A stretch of DNA of 64,000 nt, from IMG/VR virus record IMGVR_UViG_3300027754_003462; one strand, written 5' to 3'. Positions 48,305 to 57,658 of this stretch are shown piece after piece; position 1 is the first letter of the stretch, and every line of letters starts with the position of its first letter. A program made the translations under genes and the position numbers. Source of the DNA: a virus. Under the pieces are notes generated by a model. That model did not search any database and had not been told where the DNA came from. It saw nothing but the letters and a program-made list of their open reading frames with translations.

Positions 48305-49355
48305 CTGCTGTTTCCTCCGGAGTACTTACCTCTGCTCTCTGATTTGCAAAGTCTTTCATAACAGTATCGAGACAATTGTCGTCATTGCGTTCCCATGCCT
48401 TACGAAACTTCTTGATCACTTCGCCGTCGCTTGTGGTAAACACCAAACTATTGCCTTCTTTCTTGAGCATGGCTTTCTTCTCAATCAAGTCGGTTAGTCC
48501 CGAATAAGGACTCATTCCAGTTTCGTACGGAATTTTAACTTGTACACCTTCGAAGGGTTTGGCGTAGCGAGTTTTCATTACCTTGCATGCGGCACGAATG
48601 CCCATGACGTCGGTAATCTTGTTACCGTCTTCATCTTCTTTGAGTTTGAGTTTTTTCATGGCAACAACAATCGAACTTGCATAAACAAACCCTTGACCAC
48701 CCGAGATTTTATCGTCAGGATCAAACATGTCTTGACTAGCGTATGTGTGATTGGTACAAACCAAGCCCACATTGTAACTGCCAAACATGTTTACACAGTT
48801 ACGAACCAGTGCAGTAAGTGCTTTGGGTTTACGGCCCATGTCACCTTTCATATCACCCGCATCGAACTGGTTAACGTCAGTAGGGGTAAGCAACATGCCC
48901 AATGAGTCAATAACAAACAACACCTTTGGACGTTCGCCATCTGGTAGTGCTTTGTAGTCGCTCATGAATGTGGAGATTGTTTTGGCCACATCATCGATCA
49001 TGGCCATTGACAATTTCAACAACTTGGTGTCGCTAGTGTCTACCCCAAGATCATGCAACCATTTTTCATCTAGTGCATTTTCACTATCAATCAGCACCAC
49101 ATAGATGCCTTGCTCCTGTGCGTTCTTAATAATGTTCCCAGAACAAATATAACTTTTACCGGCACCCGATTCGCCAGCAAACACAGTAACTTTGCCCAAT
49201 GGTACGCCGCGAGTGAAGTCTCCGCTGATCAGGTAGTTCAAGGCATAGTTGCCTGTTGAGATCCAGTCTGTGGGATCGTTAAATCCAATACTAAGGCCAT
49301 CAATGCTCTTAGTGATTTCCTTGCGGAACTTGCTTACGTCAAATGGTTTTCCCAT
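48297..49355 (-). CDS. uvsX: RecA-like recombinase UvsX
   Basis: ISTGN..LN, GESGAGKS, IDSENA, VIDSLG, NHTY, SGG, KTR. Confidence 0.93.
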   Translation of the reverse strand: MGKPFDVSKFRKEITKSIDGLSIGFNDPTDWISTGNYALNYLISGDFTRGVPLGKVTVFAGESGAGKSYICSGNIIKNAQEQGIYVVLIDSENALDEKWLHDLGVDTSDTKLLKLSMAMIDDVAKTISTFMSDYKALPDGERPKVLFVIDSLGMLLTPTDVNQFDAGDMKGDMGRKPKALTALVRNCVNMFGSYNVGLVCTNHTYASQDMFDPDDKISGGQGFVYASSIVVAMKKLKLKEDEDGNKITDVMGIRAACKVMKTRYAKPFEGVQVKIPYETGMSPYSGLTDLIEKKAMLKKEGNSLVFTTSDGEVIKKFRKAWERNDDNCLDTVMKDFANQRAEVSTPEETADE

Positions 49356-49357
49356 GT

Positions 49358-50134
49358 TTACTCCAATGTAATAAAATTATTTTCTATCAGTGAATTCTTA
49401 TAGAACAATTGCCTGTATTGTAACAGATTTTCATCTAGTTTGTCAAAGTTTGCCAGTGGCATTTGGCTACCCACACAGGGCAAACCATGTTGATCACACC
49501 ATGTTTGATATTGTGTTGGCGGTGCCCATGTTTCGGGTCGTGCTACATTCAATTGCAATGTTGTGTATAATTCCGAAAAGTCATTCAAATCAGTATCCAC
49601 AATTGAGTCGTTGTTTTGCCATTTTTGCCAAGTAGATCTACCAAGATTGTTGTAGGCAATAGATATATTGTAAACTCCGAATCCCAATGCCCTTGTACCA
49701 AAACGGTTGGACATTGTGTAATTGGGATCTGGAGTGACTGCTTTGAAATTCAAAGTAGACTCCTCAATAGCATGTATCAATTTATTGATTGCCTCTAGAT
49801 CTCCCGGCAACACATGATCTGCTACAGTAGCAATATTAGGAAAACGTTGATGAAGTTTGACCCACAGTCTGTGTAGATGATTGAGATCATCTTGATTGCC
49901 TGGGTCAAGCTCCATATCAAAATCTGTCAAATGCAATCGATTGTGAACAAAAGATTGTATGCGATCAAAACGTTGTTGTAATTCTTGACTCAGAGAAGCA
50001 TACCCTAGGTCCGACACTGTGTATTGATTTAGAGCACGAGAATTAAGTTGCTCTACAAAATATTCGTAAACACTGTGATCGATAACCGCAAGTTCTATAA
50101 CATCATGAGTTTGAGTCCAGCGCAGTTTTGGCAT
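49358..50134 (-). CDS. hypothetical protein inserted between gp32 and uvsX
   Basis: 258 aa, AT-richer than its flanks; LNHLH and NKLIH..E motifs. Confidence 0.7.
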   Translation of the reverse strand: MPKLRWTQTHDVIELAVIDHSVYEYFVEQLNSRALNQYTVSDLGYASLSQELQQRFDRIQSFVHNRLHLTDFDMELDPGNQDDLNHLHRLWVKLHQRFPNIATVADHVLPGDLEAINKLIHAIEESTLNFKAVTPDPNYTMSNRFGTRALGFGVYNISIAYNNLGRSTWQKWQNNDSIVDTDLNDFSELYTTLQLNVARPETWAPPTQYQTWCDQHGLPCVGSQMPLANFDKLDENLLQYRQLFYKNSLIENNFITLE

Positions 50135-50138
50135 ACAA

Positions 50139-50166
50139 TAAAAACAAGGCCCGTAGGCCTTGTTCA
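50139..50166 (-). terminator. probable terminator after gp32
   Basis: AACAAGGCC-TACG-GGCCTTGTT hairpin followed by T-run. Confidence 0.65.
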
Positions 50167-50167
50167 A

Positions 50168-51175
50168 TTACTTTTGCTGTCTAGCGCGGATCATGGCCAA
50201 AATGTCTTCGGCCTTTTGTCCACTAGCGGCAGGTTTTGCCACAGGAGCGGTTGGTGCTGGTGCTTCGTCTTCATCAAAGTCGCTGACAGGAGCCGCTACT
50301 TTGAGTGCTGGCTTTGCTGCCACTTCATGAACATCACCGTGTCCATCTACTGCTACAGCAGGTGCCGGAGTTGAACTACCGGCAGGTGCTTGTACACCAG
50401 CAGGACGGAAGTATTGACCCCAACGCTCTGTGTCGTATGGCTGGCCATCAACTGATGCTTCAAACATCTCTTTGATCACCTTCAACTCAACATCAGTTGG
50501 CTTCTTGGGCAAGAATGTGCTCAAGTCAAACAGCCCATGTGCATCAACTGCGGCTTGTTCTGCTTCGGTCAGGGCCGACTCTTTACGAGCCCACTTTGAC
50601 CCATTGTAGTCAGCGAAGCCGCCCTTGGCACCTTTGCTGATACGGAAGTCCAGGCCACGCAAGTAGTCTGTTGGCAATTCTTCCAGTTCAGGATCCATCA
50701 AGGCTCCTTTGATGGTTGTGAAGATTTGTGGACCAATGATGAATCGGCGAATTGGATTCTCAGGTGACTTGTCATCGCTCAAGGGATTCTCACGCACAAA
50801 GCCTTGGAAAATGTAACTGCGTTTCTTCCAGTACTTACGACCCATGTCTTCAAGGCTCTTGTCCTTGAACCAGGTACGAACTTCTGCCAGGATTGGGCAG
50901 GCTTCGTTCCACATTTCCACGCAAGGTACTTGTACCATAACTTGCTTGGAGTCCATCTCTCCTTTGACGCCGTTGAAGGGCAAACGAATCATTGCTCGTT
51001 CTTGCCAGAAGAATGTGTTTTTTGTGTTACCGTCGGGTAGGAAGCGTAATGTGGCAGATGCGCCTTCTTCCATGTTCCAATGTGGGTAAATCGAATTGTC
51101 CCCACCGGTGGATTGCCCACCTTGTTTTGATTCTGCCGCTTGTAAACGTGCGCGAATATCTGCTAATGATGCCAT
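50168..51175 (-). CDS. single-stranded DNA-binding protein (gp32-like)
   Basis: LRFLP, VPC....CP, YWKKRSY, G.DFRI.K...GGFADY..S.W, acidic/Ala-rich tail. Confidence 0.88.
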   Translation of the reverse strand: MASLADIRARLQAAESKQGGQSTGGDNSIYPHWNMEEGASATLRFLPDGNTKNTFFWQERAMIRLPFNGVKGEMDSKQVMVQVPCVEMWNEACPILAEVRTWFKDKSLEDMGRKYWKKRSYIFQGFVRENPLSDDKSPENPIRRFIIGPQIFTTIKGALMDPELEELPTDYLRGLDFRISKGAKGGFADYNGSKWARKESALTEAEQAAVDAHGLFDLSTFLPKKPTDVELKVIKEMFEASVDGQPYDTERWGQYFRPAGVQAPAGSSTPAPAVAVDGHGDVHEVAAKPALKVAAPVSDFDEDEAPAPTAPVAKPAASGQKAEDILAMIRARQQK

Positions 51176-51359
51176 ATTGTGTTGCCTTTCTATGCGTTAA
51201 TATGATTTTAAAATTTAAGTCTTGCTTAAATGCTGCCTACAAGGTTATTTTAACACAGCCTGTCTGTGTTTCCTACCAGTACGGTAGAGAATTTTGCCTA
51301 ACTAGTTGTTTACGGAAGTGTGCGCTACTACACACACTTCTTTCATGTGTTTATTTATG
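51176..51359 (-). promoter_or_regulatory. structured 5' leader of the SSB gene
   Basis: ATAAATA motif followed by four hairpins and repeated AGGCA. Confidence 0.55.
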
Positions 51360-54155
51360 TTATTTCAGCAAAGCCAAGGATTTTATTCTTGCCAGCACAG
51401 CATCGCCTTCTTTAAGCCCATCGCCGAGTTTGTCACCAATCTTGCCGCCTGCTAGGCCTCCGATTACACCGCCAACTGGTCCGCCGGTTACAGCACCCAT
51501 TGCTCCACCTGCAATTGCCCCTGGAAGTCCACCAATGGCTCCACCTAGGGCCGCGCCAGCCGCTGGGCCTACTGCTTGTCCGGCCATGTCACCTGCGATA
51601 CCTCCGGCAGCACTGCCTGCCAATGTACCTTTCCACCCATCAGTGAGTTTCCGTGCATTTCGCACAATCTCGTTGTCTTCATCACCGCGAGCCCGCCCAG
51701 GATTCTCATCTGAACCGTGATACAAATTCTGACCGGCACTGTATATTGCATCAGCAGGTGCATTTGCTACGTCAGCGGCAGTTGCTCCAATATCTTTGGC
51801 AGTGTTGGTTATTGGAAGATTTGTTTCTCTTACAAATTTTGGAGTTTCATCAGGAGTGCCCGAATCATTGGCATTAGTGGCCATTTTATTGCCAAGCGTG
51901 GCTCCTACTATTCCTCCAGCAAGTGCTCCTGGAAGTCCGCCAGCGGCAAGGCCACCCATGCTGCCAACGAACCCACCAGCACCGGCACCTGCCAATTTTT
52001 CTCCAGGGTCATCTTCTTCGTCCATGGTTTCATACATGCCGCCACATTCGGCCAGACCGTGTTCAGGACAGTATTCGCCTTCCATGGTCATGTTGCATCC
52101 GGCACCTTCTGTAGCCACTGGCATGGCCATTGGGGCAATAAGGTTTTCATTTACACCTAATTCATCTGCCAGGCGATCGCTGATCCAGTTGTAAGGATCG
52201 CCAGTACGTGCTTTCATTGTGCCATAAGGCATTTCACCATTGTCACTGTAGTAGTCATACAAGGCATGATACAGGTCATCATCAAGGTCACCGTTGGCTT
52301 CGAAGTTTTTGACTTCGTGTTTGAAACGGTTTAGAATGTGCTCTAGTGTTTCGCCTGCACTGTCCATCAAGCGGCTTTCGGCCACTGGCAATCCGGCCAA
52401 GTTACGCAGGCTGTTGATGTCTTCGAATGTGGCCAGGTTGTCACCTTCTGCCGCCACAGCAGGTTGTTGCGCTTTTGTAACACCAATTGTGAACTGTCCC
52501 ATTACCGGTTGGGTAAATAACCACCGCTGGTCTCTAAACATATCAAAGTATGGATTAACTGCTTTGTTCATGTTTTCCCCTGTAAGCGCACCAGGTTGCC
52601 GTAAATAAGGGTCGTTGAGACTCTTGCCCATTTCTCGATACACATCGTCTGCCCACCGCTGGCCTCTGCGTTTGCTGATAGTGATTGAACCATCATCATT
52701 GTATTTGGGCTCAAACTTGTCCTGACCACAATATTGATCTAATGATTTGAGTATTTTTTGAGCATACTGGTTAGTTGCCTGTGGATCTATTTGAGCATCT
52801 AACGCTGGCGCCACTTGTCCTGGTATTGCTTCCGCAATAGGTTGTTGTGGCATAGGATTAGGTGGTACAGCCGCTGCCACAGGAGCAGTTGCGCCTGTTT
52901 GTGGTTCGGCAGGATTGCCCGGAGCGACAGGCTCTGGCAACTCAACGCCCAGTTCGGCCAAGCGGTTCATAACTTCTGTATCGTTCCAGCAGTTGGCTCG
53001 CGGATCTTGATCAGCCAGAGCATGCAGTCGATCAAACAATTCATCGTCACCCACCAAGTCATACAGTTGTTCTGTTGCGTTGGTTGCATCGGGACCAACA
53101 ATGAGTTCTTTGGTCATGAGTGTTTTTAACTTGTCCAATTGCTCAGGAGTTTCTGGCAGGGTCCATGTGCCTTCTGCTAGATTGTTAATCCAGTTTTCAA
53201 AAATATCTGCTTCTTTCATATCTTGTCCTCTTTGCTGAATCTTGGCCAGCAGTGGTAATGCCGCTTCAATACGGCTGTCTATACTCTGTTCAATGAACAG
53301 GGTCTTGATGTTGTCAACAACACCTTCTTGTTCGTTAATGGTGGCTGGATGCCACGATTCGAAATACTTTGCGTAGCCACGGCCTGAGGCCATGTGCTTG
53401 AGATTTTCACGTAAGGTTTGATAGTAGACTTGTGCTTCTGTTACTAGTTCTTGTGTGACACCTTCCAAGATACGATTGGCACTTGCTCTATTGAACCGGC
53501 TTAACACAGCAATTTCGGTTACTGTTTCTGAGATGTGACAGCCGCGAATGTCATAGGGCTTGCCACCTTGGCGCACATGTTCCAACATGGCTCTGGCACC
53601 ACTTAGACTTTTAAATCCCAGTTTGAACTTTTCACCCTCGGCTGTTTCGATAAACATCCGGTCAATGTGGCGATAACGTGCATCACCTTCGCCCAAGGGC
53701 TGACTGTGTACAATTTGTAATCGGGCTTGAGTAGGCTCGCCTGCGTAACTGACTTTGCGAGTGCCATAGTAGCCTTCAAACAGGCCCTCTTGTATGGCTG
53801 CCATGCCTTGCATGGTGTGCTTGAGTTGGTTGATGTCCGCTATGCTGTGTGTCCAACGATTGCTGGTGGCCTTTTGATTCAGGTGCTGTAAGAAGTCAAA
53901 GAACTCTGACTTGTCATCACCTTCCATGGTACGACCTAGATTGTCCCCGTACATGATCTTCATCTCATTGTCGCTGTCCAGCACAATGACCATGGTGCCG
54001 TAGTTCTTGCCTGCGCCGGAAATGTAGTCAAATGTAAATGTTTTGGCATCTTCTGCGTTGGAGGGCTTGCCCATTCGGTCCAGCATTTCGGGGTGGAAAT
54101 TGCGTGTGGCCAGCAAATCCAGCAGTTGTTGTGATATAGAGTTTGTTGTTGCCAT
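51360..54155 (-). CDS. large modular protein, probable head-internal/ejected polyprotein with glycine zippers
   Basis: 931 aa; repeated [LIVM]-x-E sites; two C-terminal GxxxG arrays; CTAAATA upstream; adjacent to terminase. Confidence 0.6.
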   Translation of the reverse strand: MATTNSISQQLLDLLATRNFHPEMLDRMGKPSNAEDAKTFTFDYISGAGKNYGTMVIVLDSDNEMKIMYGDNLGRTMEGDDKSEFFDFLQHLNQKATSNRWTHSIADINQLKHTMQGMAAIQEGLFEGYYGTRKVSYAGEPTQARLQIVHSQPLGEGDARYRHIDRMFIETAEGEKFKLGFKSLSGARAMLEHVRQGGKPYDIRGCHISETVTEIAVLSRFNRASANRILEGVTQELVTEAQVYYQTLRENLKHMASGRGYAKYFESWHPATINEQEGVVDNIKTLFIEQSIDSRIEAALPLLAKIQQRGQDMKEADIFENWINNLAEGTWTLPETPEQLDKLKTLMTKELIVGPDATNATEQLYDLVGDDELFDRLHALADQDPRANCWNDTEVMNRLAELGVELPEPVAPGNPAEPQTGATAPVAAAVPPNPMPQQPIAEAIPGQVAPALDAQIDPQATNQYAQKILKSLDQYCGQDKFEPKYNDDGSITISKRRGQRWADDVYREMGKSLNDPYLRQPGALTGENMNKAVNPYFDMFRDQRWLFTQPVMGQFTIGVTKAQQPAVAAEGDNLATFEDINSLRNLAGLPVAESRLMDSAGETLEHILNRFKHEVKNFEANGDLDDDLYHALYDYYSDNGEMPYGTMKARTGDPYNWISDRLADELGVNENLIAPMAMPVATEGAGCNMTMEGEYCPEHGLAECGGMYETMDEEDDPGEKLAGAGAGGFVGSMGGLAAGGLPGALAGGIVGATLGNKMATNANDSGTPDETPKFVRETNLPITNTAKDIGATAADVANAPADAIYSAGQNLYHGSDENPGRARGDEDNEIVRNARKLTDGWKGTLAGSAAGGIAGDMAGQAVGPAAGAALGGAIGGLPGAIAGGAMGAVTGGPVGGVIGGLAGGKIGDKLGDGLKEGDAVLARIKSLALLK

Positions 54156-54173
54156 GGTAGTATATTTAGCGCA

Positions 54174-55763
54174 TCATCGCATCAAAGCAATGAAGGGAAA
54201 AGGTTCGATTATGTTATCAGTGTGGTCTTTTAGGTAGGAATTAAGGTCTGCATGATAAGATTGTAACAACATCAGCATACGGGTCACAAGCAGGCCTGCC
54301 ATCACAAGATCATCTGTTTCTCCGATCTTGGCCGCGTAACTGGAACCGGCAGCCACAAATGTTTTTAGTTCAGTTATCAGGGGTTTTGAGTAGATCTTCA
54401 TACGCCCAGATTCTATTAGAATTTTGAACTTGTTGCAGGCCACAATCTTGCTCTTGTTGGTAGTGGTAAATCCCTTGCGGATTCTGCGTCCGTTTGAACT
54501 TTGTACTGAATTGTCGCTGAGGAAATAGCCCGGGATATTTTCTTCTCCGTATTCTGCAATGGAGATCAAGGCTGCTTCACCCAAGGTATTGTTTTCCACT
54601 GAGTAGTAGATTTTCTTTTCATCCTTGACCACTGAGTGTATTTCTTTGATGATGTCTGCTAGGATTCGGATCTGTGTGGGCACATCCGTTCGGTTGTGGC
54701 GCCATTCGGCCACTTGTTCAGTGGTTTCTGCTTCAAATACTTGTATGGCCGAAGGATCGCCACCTGTACCCAGGCTAGGATCAAGTGCCACAATGTACAT
54801 CTTGTCCTGGTCAATGGGGCGATACCAGCGTACTTGTCCAGTCTTGTGTGTGGGTTCTTGACCTTCCAGTTCCAATAACTTGATAGGAGCGATCAATGTT
54901 TCGTCGTTGATAACAAAGTCACAGTCCATCTCTCGACGGAAACGTTCGTCGCCTAGTTGGCTACGCTGTTCTGCGGCCCAGGCATCGTCACGGTCTGGGT
55001 GCTCACGCCAAAAGGCACGAAATGCCCGAAAGCCGTTGATGCCCAGGCCATCGGCTCGTGGGTTGCCAAACTCATCTTCTGTCTTGTTGGCACCCTTCCA
55101 GATGTAGGCAAACTGATCTTCGTCTGAGTTGGGCGTGCTAGTGATAATTGCTTTACCACCTGTGCTCAGTGTGGGTGTGATAGATGTCCAGAACTCTTTG
55201 GCAATTGTGGGTCTCACAAACGCAAACTCGTCTAGATACAGCAAGGTAATACTCATACCACGACCGGTATTTTCAGTTGTTGTTTGACTTACAATACGTG
55301 ATCCGTTGTCAAACTCTAACGAGCCTTTGTTGTAACTGGTGGCACCTGCTCTAATATGATTAGGGCATAGTTCATAGGCATAGCGAATACGTTGCATGAT
55401 CTCTTGTGCGCCCAGATATTTGTGTGCGGCAATAAGAATAGTAGCATCAGGTATAAACATAGCATACCATAACAGGTAACCTGCGGCTGACGTTGACTTA
55501 CCGGTTTGTCGAGGCATCAGCGAAATTGAGAAACGATTGTTGTGATAGTTTGCAATCAGTCTCTGTTGATATTCAAAAGCATGATACAACATTTTGCCAC
55601 GAACAGGATGTTGAATATGAAAAAAGTTGTCCATGAAGTACATAGGGCCGGTCACAGGATCTGCGCACCGAGCAAAGTCTTCAAGTTCTGATTCAGTGAA
55701 TGTTTCTCGACGATGTGGTGCTTTGACCAGTACAGTATCAAGCGTATTTTTTGCGCCAATCAT
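54174..55763 (-). CDS. terminase large subunit (gp17-like)
   Basis: PRQTGKS, GRG, LYLDEFAF, ITSTPN, ALDPSLG, VENN, DDLVMA. Confidence 0.95.
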   Translation of the reverse strand: MIGAKNTLDTVLVKAPHRRETFTESELEDFARCADPVTGPMYFMDNFFHIQHPVRGKMLYHAFEYQQRLIANYHNNRFSISLMPRQTGKSTSAAGYLLWYAMFIPDATILIAAHKYLGAQEIMQRIRYAYELCPNHIRAGATSYNKGSLEFDNGSRIVSQTTTENTGRGMSITLLYLDEFAFVRPTIAKEFWTSITPTLSTGGKAIITSTPNSDEDQFAYIWKGANKTEDEFGNPRADGLGINGFRAFRAFWREHPDRDDAWAAEQRSQLGDERFRREMDCDFVINDETLIAPIKLLELEGQEPTHKTGQVRWYRPIDQDKMYIVALDPSLGTGGDPSAIQVFEAETTEQVAEWRHNRTDVPTQIRILADIIKEIHSVVKDEKKIYYSVENNTLGEAALISIAEYGEENIPGYFLSDNSVQSSNGRRIRKGFTTTNKSKIVACNKFKILIESGRMKIYSKPLITELKTFVAAGSSYAAKIGETDDLVMAGLLVTRMLMLLQSYHADLNSYLKDHTDNIIEPFPFIALMR

Positions 55764-56514
55764 CCAATATTCTTTCTGCAAACATTTTGTGTCCTTGTGG
55801 GCCAGCATGCATGTAATCTCTGGCATACTCTACTTCTTCTCGACTGCGAGCAAAATAATCGTGTGCGTCGTAGGTCAAACAGGGTATTCCTAAATTTTGA
55901 CAAAGAGCCTGAACTGCCAATTTGTTCTTTGCGTTATTTAAGTCTTGATTACCTTCATTTGTCATCCAGTGCTTGAGAATCACATCAGCACCGAACTCAC
56001 CGTCAGTGGTATTGGGCATCATTGTATGCATTTCAGGTTTGCCTGTTGCTCTAATAATATCAAATCTGTTTTTAGGTGGAGCGGCCATGACAACCAACTC
56101 CGGGCGTAACACTGGCAACCAGAACTTTGCCAACATAAAACAAGTGTCTGCGCTGGTACCGCCCCAGGCCAAGTTGTATGATGTCATGTTGAGTTCATTG
56201 CCCAATATGGTCGGCCAGATTGTGTCAAGTGGCAGTCCAATGCCCACTGTGTAACTACAGCCCAGTGCAACCACCGACTTGACTCCAAACTCAAATTCTT
56301 GGCATCTGAATCCATACTTGTTTATCTTGTATGTGATTGCATTGGGCTTGTCCCAACCTTTGGCCTGAAAATATTCACGGTGTGCAGGATCTTGTATCAT
56401 GCGCTCGTAACTTTCTTTAGTGTCTGTTGGCAGCCAATCTAGTGTTCGTCCGGCACATGATATCCCCGGGTGCCACGGTGGTGCCAATGGCAGTGAATCT
56501 TTAAACGAATCCAT
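55738..56514 (-). CDS. SGNH/GDSL-like hydrolase-fold protein
   Basis: ALGCSYT, NLAWGG, RDYMHAG (DxxH). Confidence 0.6.
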   Translation of the reverse strand: MDSFKDSLPLAPPWHPGISCAGRTLDWLPTDTKESYERMIQDPAHREYFQAKGWDKPNAITYKINKYGFRCQEFEFGVKSVVALGCSYTVGIGLPLDTIWPTILGNELNMTSYNLAWGGTSADTCFMLAKFWLPVLRPELVVMAAPPKNRFDIIRATGKPEMHTMMPNTTDGEFGADVILKHWMTNEGNQDLNNAKNKLAVQALCQNLGIPCLTYDAHDYFARSREEVEYARDYMHAGPQGHKMFAERILDDWRKKYA

Positions 56515-57658
56515 GTTTGATTCCTTCTGCAAGTTCTGACCATAGGTCAACAAAATGCGTTGTTTTGTTTAGTTCAGTTTCTATTTTTTGATGAAACTTC
56601 AACACCTCAGGTTTATACTTGTTGATATCTTTGACATAAGTGTTATCCTGTAACTGCTTGCGATAGTTTTGTAGCGTGTGTATTCCTAAATTAATGTGGT
56701 GGCCCCAGCGTTCTGTCACTTGATCAATTTGAGACATTGCCTGCAATCGCAGTTGTTCAGGCAGTCGTCTTGCATCTAGATCATAAGGATGCATGAGTTC
56801 GCACCAGTAAATTTCTAAAGATCGGGCTGTACAGAATTCATAATATGAAATCAAATCAAATGCATTGTATATGCTGTAGGCCGGGTGTGCTTTGATTGTT
56901 TGTGAATCTTGATTCATAGTGTCAAGGTTGGCAGTTAGTGTTGTCCATTGTGCTCCGTTGCGAACATATTCAAACTTGTCAGCCTCAACATTGTCAAAAC
57001 TCACCATCCACTCCACACGTGGCCAAGTCTTGAGTTTTTGGTATATAGGGTTTGTGACAATGTTCACACTGAGATTGGTTGTGACCATGACATTGACTTT
57101 GTTGGGATCAAGGTGATCTAAAAAATCAGCCAGGCCTTTTTGCAATAGTGGTTCTCCGCCACCTAGACTGAGTCCGTGTATGTTATGGCCTTGTGTTTTT
57201 GCAAGTGCAATCAAGTCCTCATGCTCATTTTTAACATGATTGATAGGTATTTTCTTGACGCTTTGCCAGGCTGTGCTGGTTTCAGGATTACAATACACAC
57301 AAGATAAGTTACACAAATTACTCCAGTTGACCACAAGATGTTGTAATTCAAAAAAATCTAAATCTTTGTCAATCTCTGTTAGTGTACTTTGGTCAGCATG
57401 GCGCACCGTCCTGCCACTTGAACCTGTTGTTTCTTCAAGACTTTTGCACCAACTGCATCCTGGGTGCCATTCACCACGAGCCATGGTTTCTCTCATGCTT
57501 GTTAATATAGGGCCTCGAATGATGTTTTGTATTGTGTCTTTTTTGTTGTTTCCCACCATCTCTACACAATGGAAACAAGGACTAACATGCCCGGATTGAT
57601 CAATGTTCAAACTGGTCCAAGGCGCTGAGCAAAATGTAGGGCTGTCAGTTATTTGCAT
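56501..57658 (-). CDS. radical SAM protein with N-terminal SPASM/twitch-like domain
   Basis: FCSAPW...G.VSPC...CSWC; CNLSCVYC; GGEPL; FEYVR.GA.W. Confidence 0.9.
   Translation of the reverse strand: MQITDSPTFCSAPWTSLNIDQSGHVSPCFHCVEMVGNNKKDTIQNIIRGPILTSMRETMARGEWHPGCSWCKSLEETTGSSGRTVRHADQSTLTEIDKDLDFFELQHLVVNWSNLCNLSCVYCNPETSTAWQSVKKIPINHVKNEHEDLIALAKTQGHNIHGLSLGGGEPLLQKGLADFLDHLDPNKVNVMVTTNLSVNIVTNPIYQKLKTWPRVEWMVSFDNVEADKFEYVRNGAQWTTLTANLDTMNQDSQTIKAHPAYSIYNAFDLISYYEFCTARSLEIYWCELMHPYDLDARRLPEQLRLQAMSQIDQVTERWGHHINLGIHTLQNYRKQLQDNTYVKDINKYKPEVLKFHQKIETELNKTTHFVDLWSELAEGIKHGFV

Noticed and set aside
50992-51720. 242 aa plus-strand ORF and the many other antisense ORFs in the track
   Set aside because: They are shadows of well-supported minus-strand genes, produced by codon bias and Gly/Ala repeats, with no recognisable motifs
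9399-55763. Inteins, introns or homing endonucleases in nrdA, helicase, uvsX or terminase
   Set aside because: Lengths are normal, motifs are contiguous, and no LAGLIDADG, GIY-YIG or HNH ORFs or intein termini were seen
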